A stretch of 64,000 nucleotides of DNA from positions 1,107,945 through 1,171,944 of the forward strand of contig NC_057719.1 in NCBI RefSeq assembly GCF_004010195.1, read 5' to 3'. The notes below the pieces were generated by a model. The model had not been told where the DNA came from. It searched no databases and saw only the letters and a program-made list of their open reading frames with translations. This document shows, piece by piece, positions 1-12,612 of the stretch (positions are counted from its first letter, which is position 1; the number at the start of each line of letters is the position of its first letter). A program made the position numbers and the translations under genes. Source of the stretch: Chiloscyllium plagiosum. Lineage: Eukaryota.

Positions 1-1569
1 CACCTTCATCTACTACTGCCTTCCCAGCTACCTGCCCCACCAGCCCCACCTCCAATCTCCCATTTATCACTCAACCCCCTTCTCCGCCCCAACATTCCTG
101 ATGAAGAACTTATGCCTGAAATGTCAACTCTCCTGCTCGTCGGATGCTGCCTGACCTGCTGTGCTTTTCCAGCAACACACATTTCAACACAGTTCACTAC
201 AGAGTGACCTTGTTTTATTAGAAACTTGTGCATCAAACTATTACCTTACAAGCCTGTAGTCACTAAACTAGAGAAATGCTCCTGTGTACTGAGTGAACCA
301 GTAGCTGGGTGACAAGCTAGAGTCGGAAGCAGTGTGTCAGATGTATACGAGGGCACCAGCATCTGTGAACTACAGTGCGGGGGTTGGGCAGATTGCCATG
401 AGAAATTGGTTATTCAATTCAACTTCTGTTAAAAATCATTCTTACAGATATACACATGACACCAGGTTTCACTGCTCATTCCTTGGTTTTATCAGACTGA
501 GCAGCTTGCTCAGTCAGGTCAGTGGGCAGTTACTAGTCAGCCGCATTGCACAGGAGTCACATGTAGGTCAGACCAGTTCAGGGCTGCAGATTCCCTTCCT
601 AAAGAATATCAGTGAATCAGGTGGGTTTTTAATAACAATTCAACAGTTTTCATAGAATCCCTACAGCAAGGAAAGAGACCATTTGGCCCATCAAGTCTGC
701 ACCATCTCTCTGAAGAGCATTCCATCCAGACTCAGCCCCCCCCCCCCCCCCAAGCATCCCTGTAACCTCACATTTAGAGCTAAAGAGGCTTACAGCATGG
801 AAACAGGCCCTTCAGCCCAACTTGCCCATGCTGCCCAGTTTTCACAATTAAACTAGTCCCATTGTCTAAAACAATCAGAGGTAAAACAAGCAAAGGGTTG
901 CAATCCTGCAAATAAAAGCAACTGCACCCACGCCCCCAGCAACTCACGCATCAATTTCTATCAGTTGCTGCTGTGGTTACCTCTGGCTGTGTGGTGAGAT
1001 TCAATAAGCCCCATTTCGAAGGGGCTGAGAAACCACATTTTGAGTGCTTGCAGCTAGTACATATTGGTTCAGGGAGCTGTGCATGTAATTATACCACACA
1101 ATGTTAAACTCAACCCAGAATCTCTTCCTCCCCCCCCCAATGATGGCCAGACTAAAACCCACCTAAAACTTGACTGCTGTAAAGTTTGCTCTAGTTAAGG
1201 GAGGGGGTGGCAGCTTACTGGGGTCAGCCAGAATGCAGGTTTGAGATTACAATCATACTGAATCACAGGGCAACTAGAGCTGCTGAATGCCTGTGCTCCT
1301 CGGTAAGGCCACAACAATTGTTAAGTCTTTACCCTTCATCGCCTCAGGGCTCTCTGAACTCCAAGTTGACTTCCGACCCCATACACTGTTCTCCATTGCA
1401 GACACAAGCAGTTTTCACTTCTGCGACATGGTAGGACTCAGCTCCTGTCTCAGCTCAGCTGTTGCTGAAACCCTCATTCCTGTCTCCTTTAGCTCCATAT
1501 TACTCCAGCACTTCCCCAGCTGCTCTCCAATGCCCAACTCCAAACTCTCATCAAACATACCGCAGCAAT

Positions 1570-2293
1570 CCTTGCATGGGGTGAAGCTAATAAATTTGTG
1601 GATGTGGTGCCAGTCAAGTGGTCTGCTTTGTCCTGAATGCTGTTCAGCTTCTTGAGTGTTGTTGGAGCTGCACCCATCCAGGGAAGTGGGAAATATATTT
1701 CATCCCACTCCTGGCTTGTGCCTTGTAGATGCTGGACAGGTTTTGGGGAGTCAGAATGTAAGTTACTCATTGCAGTATTTCTAGCTTCTGACCTGCTCCT
1801 GTGGCCACAGTATTTGTACGACGAGTTCAGCGCAGGTTCAGGTCCACGGTAACTCCCTGTCGAGATGCTTGAAATCATCCAGGACAAAGCAGCCACTTGA
1901 TTAGCACCACATCGACAAGCATCCACTCCCTCTATCACCGACACAGTGTGTACCATCTGCAAGATGCACTGCAGAAACTCACTGATGATCCTCAAACAGC
2001 GCCTTCTAAACCCACAACCGCTTCCATCTAGAAGGACAATAGCAGCAGATACATGGGAACACCACCCCCTGCAAGTTCCCCTCCGAGCCCCTCACCATCC
2101 TGACTTGGAAATGTATCGCCGTTCCTTCACAGTCGCTGGGTCAGAATCCTGGAATCCCCTCCCTAAGGGCATTGTGGGTCAACCCACAGCACGTGGACTC
2201 CAGCGGTTCAAGAAGGCAGCTCACCCCCACCTTCTCAAGGGGCAACTAGGAACTGAAAAACTCAATGACACCCACATCCCCTGAATGAATAAA
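1570..2293. mobile_element. CR1/L2-group LINE 3' fragments in opposite orientation (minus 1570-1850, plus 1851-2293)
   Basis: AAPTTLKKLNSIQDKA on minus; VCTICKMHCRNS...WEHHPLQVP and the tail on plus. Related pieces at 14340-14575, 41010-41130 and 62480-62880. Confidence 0.6.
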
Positions 2294-2629
2294 ACACCAC
2301 TGAAGGCACGAGTTGGAAAAGCACGGCAGGTCAGGCAGCATTTGAGGAGAAGGAGAATCGATGTTTCGGGCATAAGCCCTCATCAGGAATGAGCCTCATC
2401 TGCAATCATCACTTTCTCCTAGAAGGCAGGGGTTGCCCAATGAATCTGTTCCCTCATCCTAAATGATCATGGCTGATCCTCTATCTCAGCAACACACTAC
2501 TGTTCTCTCTCTCTTGATATTCCTCAACCCCTTTAGCCTCATAACCACTAATAACTAAGTGCCCTGGTGCTCCCTGATCAATACTGGGCTCCTAATTAAA
2601 TTTTTAAACTGTTATCCATTTTCATCAAG

Positions 2630-3730
2630 TCATAGAGATATACAGCACAGAAACAGACCCTTCGGTCAAACTCATCCATGCCAACCAGATAGCCTAAACT
2701 AATCTAGCTCCCATTTGCCAGCACTTTGCCCATATCCCTCTAAACTCTTCCTATTATATACCTAACCAGATGCCTTTCAAATGCTGTCATTGTACCACCT
2801 TCCACCACTTCCTCTGGCAGCTCATTCCATATTTGCACCATCCTCTGGGTGAATAAATTGGCCCTTAGGTGCATTTTAAATTTTTCCCCTCTCACCCTAA
2901 ATCTTTGCCCTCTAGTTCTGGACTCCCCCAACCCAGGGAAAAGACTTTGTTTATTTACCCTAAACATGCCCCTCAGGATTTTATAAACCTCTATAAGGTC
3001 ACCCCTCAGCCTCTGACGCTCCAGGGAAAACAGCCCCAGCCTGTTCAGCCTCTCCCTGTAGCTCAAATCCTCCAACCCTGGCAACATCCTTGTAAATCTT
3101 TTCTGAACCCTTTCAAGTTTCACAACATCCTTCCGATAGAATTGCACACAATATTCCAAAAGTGGCCTAACCAGTGTCCTGTACAGCTGCAACATGACCT
3201 CCAAATTCCTACAAAGGAAAGCATACTAAATGCCTTCTTCACTATCCTATCTACCTGCGACTCCACTTTCAAGGACCTATGAACCTGTACTCCAAGGTCT
3301 CTCTGTTCAGCAACACTTCCCATTAAGTGTATAAGTCCTGCTCAGATTTGATTTTCCAAAATGCAGCACCTCACATTTATCTGAATTAAATTCCCTCTGC
3401 CACTCCTCAGCCCATTGGACCATCTGATGAAGATCCCATTGTACTCTGTGGTAACCTTCTTCACTGGAGAAAGTGAGGTCTGCAGATGCTGGAGATCAGA
3501 GCTGGAAATGTGTTGCTGGAAAAGCGCAGCAGGTCAGGCAGCATCCAGGGAACAGGAGAATCGACGTTTCGGGCATAAGCCCTTCTTCAGGGCTTATGCC
3601 CGAAACGTCAATTCTCCTGTTCCCTGGATGCTGCCTGACCTGCTGCGCTTAACCTTCTTCACTATCCACCACACCTCCAATTTTGGTGTCATCTTCAAAC
3701 CTATTAAATATACTTCCTATATTCACATCA
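2630..3730 (-). mobile_element. CR1 LINE 3' end (interrupted by a Penelope-terminal insertion)
   Basis: QLYRTLVRPLLEYCVQF...LERVQKRFTRMLPGL...FTQRMVQIWNELP and the CR1 3' tail. Confidence 0.9.
3466..3649. mobile_element. Penelope-like terminal-repeat insertion (inverted pair) with minimal hammerhead
   Basis: Inverted arms; minus-strand core CTGAAGA-A-GGGC-TTAT-GCCC-GAAACGTC; 14-bp TSD TAACCTTCTTCACT at 3452 and 3650. Confidence 0.85.
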
Positions 3731-3734
3731 AAGA

Positions 3735-6700
3735 AAGAAACAAAGAAAGGTTTACAGCCCAGGAACAGGCCCTTTGGCTCTCCAAGCCTGAGCTGATCTA
3801 AATCCACTTGCTAAACCTGTCGCCCAATTCCTAAGCATCTGTATCCCTCTGCTCCCCACCTACTCACGTATCTGTCCAGATGCACTTTAAATGAATCTAC
3901 TGTGCCTTCCTGTACCACCTCTGCTGGCAACGCGTCCCAGGCACCTACCACCCTCTGTGTGAAGTACTTTCCACATGTATCCCCCTTAAACTTTCCATCT
4001 CTCATCTTGAATGCGTGACCTCTCGTTATTGAATCCCTCACCCTCCTAGGAAAAAGCTTATCTCTATCTACCCTGAGTACACCATTCATTATTTTGTAAA
4101 TCTCAATCAGATCCCCCCTCAATTTTCTTTTGTCTAATGAAAACAATCCTAACCTACTCAACCCCTCTTCATAGCTAGCACCTTCCATACCAGGCAATAT
4201 CCTCGTAAACCTTCTCTGCACCCTCTCCGAAGCGTCCACATCCTTTTGGTAATGTGGTGACCAGTATTCTAAATGCGGCCGAACCAATGTCTTGTACAAT
4301 TTTAACAAGACCTGCCAGCTCTTATACTCAATATCCCGTCCGATGGAGGCAAGCATACTATATGCTTTCTTGACCACTCTATCCACCTGTGCAGCAGCCT
4401 TCAGGATACAATGGACCTGAACTCCCAGATCTCTCTGCTCATCAACTTTTCCCAAGGCTCTTCCATTTACAGTATAGTTTGCTCTAGAATTAGACTTCCC
4501 AAAATACATCATCTCACATTTGCCTGGATTGAACTCCTTCTGCCAATTCTCCGGCCAACTCTCCAGTCTATCTATAATTTTCCTGTATTCTTTGACAGAC
4601 CCCTATGCTTTCTGCTACTCCACTAATCTTCGTGTCATCTGCAAACTTGCTGATCAGACTAACAATGCCCTCTTCCAGATCATTTATGTATATCAAAAAC
4701 AACAGTGGCCCCCAGCGCTTATCCCTGTGGAACACCACTGGTCACTTTTCTCCATTTCGAGAAACTCCCTTCAACTACTACTCTCTGTCTCCTGTTGCTT
4801 GGTATATGTGACAATAAATTCAATACAATTCAAATTCAATTCAATTCAATTCTCAACCAGTTCTTTATCCACCTAGCTATAACATCCTGCACACCATGTG
4901 ACTTCACTTTCTCCATTAGTTAACATGGGGAACCTTATCAAATGCCTTACTAAAGTCCATGTACAGAGGAACCGCGATTATCCGAATATTGGATTATCCG
5001 AAGGAGATCTTGAGCTCCCGATGGAAATGTTACATCTCAACATATTTCAACCCTGATCATGTCTTTTGTTGACAGGTACAATGATTAAAAACAAACTCGG
5101 CCTTATTGAAACGCTGCCGAGAACAGTCCTGAACAGTCCAGTCACTCTCTCCAAATGAATGGCGTCACGCCCTCGAGGTCATCCCCCCCACCAACTTTCC
5201 CTGGAGTTCTACACAGACGTGTACCCTAAACCCCCCCTCTTCCCCAGATACCGTACAGGGCAAAGGTGGAACATGTCAAAAAGTTACAGTAAAAAGTTTG
5301 TGTGCGCGCACTATTTGGAGACTCTCAGCCCCAAAAGCCACCAGCGTCAGCAGTCTTGTTGTTGATGTCAAGTCTGGCTGCCCTGGAGAGGAGGTGGGGG
5401 GGCCAGGGGAGGTGTTGGACGGGGTTGGGGGCGCGGGGGTGGTGTTGGATGGAGCTTGAGTGTTGGACGGAGGAGGCACTTTTGGATNNNNNNNNNNNNN
5501 NNNNNNNNNNNNNNNNNNNNNNNNNNNNNNNNNNNNNNNNNNNNNNNNNNNNNNNNNNNNNNNNNNNNNNNNNNNNNNNNNNNNNNNNNNNNNNNNNNNN
5601 NNNNNNNNNNNNNNNNNNNNNNNNNNNNNNNNNNNNNNNNNNNNNNNNNNNNNNNNNNNNNNNNNNNNNNNNNNNNNNNNNNNNNNNNNNNNGGGCAGTG
5701 TTCGACAGATTTGGGGGGCACTGTTGGAAGGGATTGGGGGAGGGCTGGGGGTGGTGTTGGATCGGTTTGGGGGATGGACGGAGGTGGGGGCTCACATGTA
5801 GTGTGCTGCTGCTGTCTCATCTCCTGAACAGGGAGCAGACGTAACAGAAAACTCCGAGCCCTAGAGAGGACATTGAATTAATTAACCAAATAATCAATTA
5901 TCCGAATGAACTAGTGCCCGCCCATCTTGTTCAGATAATCGAGGTTCCTCTGTATAGATATCTACTGCCCTTCCTTCATCTATCGACTTGGTTACTTCCT
6001 CAAAGAACTCTTTTACATTGGTATGGCACGATCTACCCCACACAAAACCATTTTGCCGCTCACTGATAAGTCCATTCTTTTCCAAATATAAATAGATTTC
6101 ATCCCTTGGCACCTTCTCCAGCAACTTTCCCACCACTGAAGTCAGGCTCACTGGTCTGTAGTTATCTGGAATATCCCTACTACCCTTCTCATACAGGGGG
6201 ACAACATTAGCAACTCTCCAGTCCTCCGTTACCTCACATGTGTTTAAAGATGCTACAAAGATTTTTGTCAGGGCGCCAGCTATTTTGTCTCTCACTTCCC
6301 TCAGCAACCTGGGATAGATCCCATCTGGTCCTGGGGATATGTCCACCTTAATATCCTTTAGCCCAAAACATCTCCCCTCCTTATGTCAACATGACCCAGA
6401 GTAAACAAACCTCATCACGTCCATCTCTCAGTGAGCACTGATGCAAAGTAATCATTGAGAATCTCACCCATTTTCGCAGGTTCGGCACACAAAGTTCCTT
6501 CCTTAACCTTTAGTGGTTCAATCCTTTCTCTAGTTACCCTCTTGCATCTTAGACAAGAATAAAAGGCCTTGGGACTTTGCTTAATTCTGCTCGCTAAAGT
6601 TATTTCATTACCGCTTTTAGCCCACTTGATTCCTTGTTTAAGATTGGTCCTACTCTCCTGATATTCCTCCAAGGCCCATTCAGTTCGTAGCTGCCTGGAC

Positions 6701-6800
6701 CTTATGTACGCTTCCCTTTTCCCCTTGGCTAGTTGCACAAGCTGTCATTCATGGTTCACAAATCTTGCCTTTCCTATCCCTTGTTTTCAAAGGGACATGC
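3735..6800 (-). mobile_element. CR1 LINE ORF2 fragment (RT to 3' tail), decayed, with nested MITE and gaps
   Basis: SPGPDGIYPRLL, NYRPVSLTSVVGKLLE, KLYKTLVRPHLEY, FTQRVVGAWDALP. Confidence 0.9.
4964..5952. mobile_element. Tigger/pogo (Tc1/mariner superfamily)-like non-autonomous DNA transposon inserted in a CR1
   Basis: Terminal inverted repeats CAGAGGAACCGCGATTATCCGAA and TTCAGATAATCGAGGTTCCTCTG (2 mismatches), TA duplication at 4962-63 and 5953-54. It splits the CR1 AVDI-YMDF motif and contains a gap. Confidence 0.85.
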
Positions 6801-7300
6801 NNNNNNNNNNNNNNNNNNNNNNNNNNNNNNNNNNNNNNNNNNNNNNNNNNNNNNNNNNNNNNNNNNNNNNNNNNNNNNNNNNNNNNNNNNNNNNNNNNNN
6901 NNNNNNNNNNNNNNNNNNNNNNNNNNNNNNNNNNNNNNNNNNNNNNNNNNNNNNNNNNNNNNNNNNNNNNNNNNNNNNNNNNNNNNNNNNNNNNNNNNNN
7001 NNNNNNNNNNNNNNNNNNNNNNNNNNNNNNNNNNNNNNNNNNNNNNNNNNNNNNNNNNNNNNNNNNNNNNNNNNNNNNNNNNNNNNNNNNNNNNNNNNNN
7101 NNNNNNNNNNNNNNNNNNNNNNNNNNNNNNNNNNNNNNNNNNNNNNNNNNNNNNNNNNNNNNNNNNNNNNNNNNNNNNNNNNNNNNNNNNNNNNNNNNNN
7201 NNNNNNNNNNNNNNNNNNNNNNNNNNNNNNNNNNNNNNNNNNNNNNNNNNNNNNNNNNNNNNNNNNNNNNNNNNNNNNNNNNNNNNNNNNNNNNNNNNNN
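6801..7300. other. Assembly gap (others at 5488-5692, 26562-26568, 49259-49485)
   Basis: Runs of N. Confidence 1.
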
Positions 7301-7524
7301 TCCCAGTGAGGCGGTCTCCCTGTGTGGCCGTCTCCCAGTGTGATGGTCTCCCAGTGTGGCGGTCTCCCAGTGTGATGGTCTCTCAGTGTGGTGGTCTCCC
7401 AATGTGATGGTCTCCCAGTGTAATGGTCTCCCAGTGTGATGGTCTCTCAGTGTGATGTTCTCCCAGTGTGATGGTCTCCCAGTGTGATGGTCTACCAGTG
7501 TGGGGGTCTCCCATTGTGGTGGTC
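7301..7524. repeat. 16-bp satellite array running into an assembly gap
   Basis: Same unit, adjoining the 500-N gap. Confidence 0.95.
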
Positions 7525-8675
7525 TATATCTCTCCAGACTCTTCCTATTCATATGCCCACCCAGATGCCTTTTATATCTTGCATCTGTACCAGCCTCCAC
7601 CACTTCCTCTGGCAGTCCATTCCACACACGCACCACCCTCTGTGTGAAAACGTTGCCCCTAAGGTCTCTTCTATATCTTTCCCCTCTCACCCGAAACCTC
7701 CAACACTCCAGGGAAAACAGCACCAGTCTGTTCAGCCACTCCCTATAGCTCAAATCCTCCAATCCTGGCAATATCCTTGTAAATCTTTTCTGAACCCTTT
7801 CAACTTTCACAACATCCTTCCAATAGGGAGAAGACCAGAGTTGCAGGTAATATTCCAAAAGTGGCCTAACCAATGTCCTGTACAGCTGCAACATGACCTC
7901 CTAACCCCTGTACTCAATACTCTGAACAATAAAGGAAAGCATACCAAACACCTTCTTCACTATCCTATCTACCTGCGACTCAACGTTAAAGGAGCTATGA
8001 ACCTTCACTCCAAGGTCTCTTTGTTCAGCAACACTCCCACGACCTTACCATTAAGTGTATAAGTCCTGCTAAGACTTGCAAGCCCAAAATGCAGCACCTC
8101 ACATTTATCTAAATTAAACTCCATCCGCCACTTCTCAGCCCATTGGCCCATCTGATCAAGATCCTGTTGTAATCTGAGATAACCTTCTTTGCTGTCATCT
8201 GCAAACTTACTAACTGTATCTATTATGCTCACATCCAAATCATTTATATAAATGATGAAAAGTAGTGGACCCAGCACCGATCCTTGTGGCACTCCACTGG
8301 TCACAGGCCCCCAATCTGAAAAGCAACCTCCACCACCACCCTCTGTCTTCTACCTTTGAGCCAGTTCTATATCCAAATGGCTAGTTCTCCCTGTATTCTG
8401 TGAGATCTAACATTGCTAACCAGTTCCCCATGGGGAAGCTTGCCAAATGCCTTACTGAAGTCCATATATATCACGTCCACCATTCTGCCCTCATCAATTC
8501 TCTTTGTTACTCCATTAAAAAAACTCAATTGAGTTTGTGAGACATGATTTCCCACGCACAAAGCCATGTTGACTATCCCTAATCAACCTTGCCTTTCCAA
8601 ATACATGTACATCCTGTCCCCCAGGATTCCCTCCAACAAGTCACCCACCACCGAAGTCAGCCTCATTGGTCTATA
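7525..8675 (-). mobile_element. CR1 LINE ORF2 fragment
   Basis: YMDFSKAF, TSGVPQGSVLGPLLFIIYINDLD, SKFADD, LVRPLLEY. Confidence 0.9.
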
Positions 8676-8721
8676 AATAGATCGAGCGATTCCTTAGAAG
8701 AGTATAAAGGCAGTAGGAGTA

Positions 8722-9031
8722 TATGGTCTCCTAGTGAGGCGGCCTCCCAGTGAGGCGGTCTCCCAGTGAGGCGGTCTCCCAGTGTGATGGTCTCCCAGTG
8801 TGATGGTCTCCCAGTGGGATGGTCTCCCAGTGGGATGGTCTCCCAGTGTGATGGTCTCCCAGTGTGATGGTTCCCAGTGGGATGGTCTCCCCGTGGGATG
8901 GTCTCCCAGTGTGATGGTCTCCCAGTGTGATGGTCTCCCAGTGTGGCGGTCTCCCAGTGTGATGGTCTCTCAGTGTGGTGGTCTCCCAGTGTGATGGTCT
9001 CCCAGTGTGGGGGTCTCCCATTGTGGTGGTC
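8722..9031. repeat. 16-bp satellite array
   Basis: Same unit, including GTGGGATG variants. Confidence 0.95.
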
Positions 9032-9308
9032 TATATCTCTCCAGACTCTTCCTATTCATATACCCACCCAGATGCCTTTTAAATCTTGCAACTGTACCAG
9101 CCTCCACCACTTCTTCTGGCAGTCCATTCCACACTCATAAAGGCAGTAGGAGAAATCAGGAGGGCTGAAAGAGGACATGAGATAGCTTTGGCAAATAGAG
9201 TTAAGGAAAATCCAAAGGGTTTTTACAAATACATTAAGTATAAAAGAGTAACTAGGAAGAGAATAGGGCCCCTCAAAGATCCGCAGGGCGGCCTTTGTGT
9301 GGAGCCGC

Positions 9309-9528
9309 GATTAGAGTGGTGCTGGAAAAGCACAGCAGATCAGGCTGCATCGGAGGAGCAGGAAAATCGACGTTTCGGGCAAAAGCCTTTCAGGCCTTCA
9401 TTCCTGATGAAGGGCTTTTGCCCGAAACGTCGATTTTCTTGCTCCTTGGATGCTGCCTGACCTGCTGTGTTTTTCCAACACCACTCTAATCTAAACTCTG
9501 ATCTCCAGCATCTGCAGGATGCACTTCT
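9309..9528. mobile_element. Penelope-like terminal-repeat insertion (inverted pair) with minimal hammerhead
   Basis: Plus-strand core at 9404-9431; 18-bp TSD GCCTTTGTGTGGAGCCGC at 9291 and 9529. Confidence 0.88.
9404..9431 (+). ncRNA. Minimal type-I hammerhead ribozyme core (representative copy)
   Basis: CUGAUGA, stem II GGGC/GCCC, GAAA, palindromic ACGU in place of stem III, GUC cleavage triplet. Other intact cores on minus at ~2358-2388, ~3561-3591, ~26508-26537, ~26849-26877 and ~46355-46384. Confidence 0.7.
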
Positions 9529-9549
9529 GCCTTTGTGTGGAGCCGCACC

Positions 9550-10392
9550 TGACATCTGCTTCCTTCTTTTTCTTAACCAAAACCTCGATTTCTTTAGTCA
9601 TCCGGCATTCCCTATACCTTCCTTTCACCCTAACAGAAATATACTGGTCTGGACTCTCATTATCTCATTTCTGAAGGCTTGCCATTTTCTAGTTGTCCCT
9701 TTACCTGTGAACATCTGCCCCCAATCAGCGTTTGAAAGTTTTTGCCTAATATCGTCAAAATTGGCCTTTCTCCAAATTTTAACTTCAACTTTTAGATCTG
9801 GTCTATCCTTTTCCATCACTATTTTAAAACTAATAGAATTATGGTCACTAGCCCCAAAGTGCTCTCCCACTGACACCTCAGTCACCTGCCCTGCCTTATT
9901 TCGCAAGAGTAGGTCAAGTTTTGCACCTTCTCTAATAGGTACATCCACATACTGAATCTGAAAATGTTCTTCTACATGCTTAACAAATTCCTCTCCATCT
10001 AAACCTGTAACACTATGGCAGTCTCAGTCTATGTTTGGAAAGTTAAAAGCCCCTACCATAACCACCCTATTATTCTTACAGCTAACTGAAATCTCCTTAC
10101 AAATTTGTTTCTCAGTTTCCCTCTGACTATTAGGGGGTCTATAACACAATCCCAATAAGGTGATCATCCCTTTCTTATTTCTTAGTTCCACCCAAATAAC
10201 TTCCCTGGATGTATTTCCTGGAATATCCTCCCTCTGTACAGCTGTAATGCTGTCCCTTACCAAAAACACCACTCCCCCTACTTCTTGCCTCCTTTTTGGT
10301 CCTCCCTGTAGCATTTGTATCCTGGAACATTAAGCTGCCTGTCCTGTCCATCCCTGAGCCATGTTTCTGTAATATCTATGATATCCCAGTCT
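9550..10392 (-). mobile_element. CR1 LINE AP-endonuclease region
   Basis: IWVELRNKKG...YRPPNS...VGAFNFPNID; REGAKLDLLL...EHFGASDHNSISF. Confidence 0.88.
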
Positions 10393-10397
10393 TGTCA

Positions 10398-12612
10398 ATG
10401 TGGCAGTCTCCCAGTGTGATGGTCTCCCAGTGTGATGGTCTCCCAATGTGATTGTCTCCCAGTGAGGCGGTCTCCCAGTGAGGCGGTCTCCCAGTGTGGC
10501 GGTCTCCCAGTGTGGCGGTCTCCCAGTGTGGCGGACTCCCAGTGAGGCGGTCTCCCAGTGACGCGGTCTCCCAGTGTGGCGGACTCCCAGTGTGGTCGGT
10601 CTCCCAGTGTGGCGGTCTCCCAGCTTGGCGGTCTCCCAGTGAGGCGGTCTCCCAGTGAGGCGGTCTCCCAGTGAGGCGGTCTCCCAGTGTGGCGGACTCC
10701 CAGTGTGGCGGACTCCCATTGTGGCGGACTCCCAGTGTGATGGTCTCCCAGTGTGATGGTCTCCCAGTGCGGCGGTCTCCCAGTGAGGCGGTCTCCCAGT
10801 GTGATGGTCTCCCAGTGTAGCGGTCTCCCAGTGAGGCGGTCTCCCAGTGTGGCGGACTCCCAGTCAGGCGGTCTCCCAGTGTGATGGTCTCCCAGTGTAG
10901 GGGTCTCCCAGTGTGATGGTTTCCCAGTGTGGTGGTCTCCCAGTGTGGCGGTCTCCCAGTGTGATGGTCTCCCAGTGAGGCGGTCTCCCAGTGTGATGGT
11001 CTCCCAGTGTGATGGTCTCCCAGTGTGGCGGTCTCCCAGTGTGAAGGTCTCCCAGTGAGGCGGTCTCTCAGTGTGGTGGTCTCCCAGTGTGATGATCTCC
11101 CAGTGAGGCGGTCTCCCAGTGAGGCGGTCTCCCAGTGTGGCGGACTCCCAGTCAGGCGGTCTCCCAGTGTAGGGGTCTCCCAGTGTGATGGACTCCCAGT
11201 GTGGCGGTCTCCCAGTGTGATGGTCTCCCAGTGAGGCGGTCTCCCAGTGTGATGGTCTCCCAGTGTAGCGGTCTCCCAGTGAGGCGGTCTCCCAGTGTGG
11301 CGGACTCCCAGTCAGGCGGTCTCCCAGTGTAGGGGTCTCCCAGTGTGATGGACTCCCAGTGTGGCGGTCTCCCAGTGTGATGGTCTCCCAGTGAGGCGGT
11401 CTCCCAGTGTGATGGTCTCCCAGTGCGGCGGTCTCCCAGTGAGGCGGTCTCCCAGTGTGATGGTCTCCCAGTGTAGCGGTCTCCCAGTGAGGCGGTCTCC
11501 CAGTGTGGCGGACTCCCAGTCAGGCGGTCACCCAGTGTGATGGTCTCCCAGTGTAGGGGTCTCCCAGTGTGATGGTTTCCCAGTGTGGTGGTCTCCCAGT
11601 GTGATGGTCTCCCAGTGAGGTGGACTCCCAGTGTGGCGGTCTCCCAGTGTGGCGGTCTCCCAGTGTGGCGGACTCCCAGTGTGGCGGTCTTCCAGTGTGG
11701 CGGTCTCCTAGTGAGGCGGTCTCCCAGTGTGGTGGACTCCCAGTGTGGCGGGCTCCCAGTGTGATGGTCTCCCAGTGTGATGGTCTCCCAGTGCGGCGGT
11801 CTCCCAGTGAGGCGGTCTCCCAGTGTGATGGTCTCCCAGTGTAGCGGTCTCCCAGTGAGGCGGTCTCCCAGTATGGCGGACTCCCAGTCAGGCCGTCTCC
11901 CAGTGTGATGGTCTCCCAGTGTGGGGGTCTCCCAGTGTGATGGTTTCCCAGTGTGATGGTCTCCCAGTGTGGCGGGCTCCCAGTGTGATGGTCTCCCAGT
12001 GAGGCGGTCTCCCAGTGTGATGGTCTCCCAGTGTGGCGTTCTCCCAGTGTGGCGGTCTCCCAGTGTGATGGTCTCCCAGTGAGGCGGTCTCCCAGTGTGA
12101 TGGTCTCCCAGTGTGGCGTTCTCCCAGTGTGGCGGTCTCCCAGTGTGATGGTCTCCCAGTGAGGCGGTCTCCCAGTGTGATGGTCTCCCAGTGTGATGGT
12201 CTCCCAGTGTGATGGTCTCCCAGTGTGATGGTCTCCCAGTGTGATGGTCTCCCAGTGTGATGGTCTCCCAGTGTGATGGTCTCCCAGTGTGATGGTCTCC
12301 CAGTGTGATGGTCTCCCAGTGTGATGGTCTCCCAGTGTGATGGTCTCCCAGTGTGATGGTCTCCCAGTGTGATGGTCTCCCAGTGTGATGGTCTCCCAGT
12401 GTGATGGTCTCCCAGTGTGGCGGTCTCCCAGTGTGATGGACTCCCAGTGTGGCGGTCTCCCAGTGTGATGGTCTCCCAGTGTGATGGTGTCCCAGTGTGG
12501 CGGCCTCCCAGTGTGATGGACTCCCAGTGTGGCGGTCTCCCAGTGTGATGGACACCCAGTGTGGTGGTCTCCCAGTGTGGCGGTCTCCCAGTGTGGCGGC
12601 CTCCAAGTGTGG
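10398..12612. repeat. 16-bp tandem satellite, consensus TCCCAGTGTGATGGTC (main array, ~138 units)
   Basis: Visible 16-bp periodicity with variants GTGTGGCG, GTGAGGCG, GTGTAGCG and GTCAGGCG. It produces the spurious 16-aa repeat ORFs (WETITLGDHHTGRPSH). Confidence 0.97.

Noticed and set aside
5302..7894. Long ORFs spanning N runs (also 48949-49578)
   Set aside because: Artefacts of translating through assembly gaps.
11152..12606. 484-aa minus-strand ORF of WETITLGDHHTGRPSH repeats
   Set aside because: It follows from a stop-free 16-bp satellite read through three frames. There is no promoter, splice or unique-domain evidence.
10398..12612. CRISPR-like array
   Set aside because: No unique spacers, units are directly adjacent, the context is eukaryotic and there are no cas genes.
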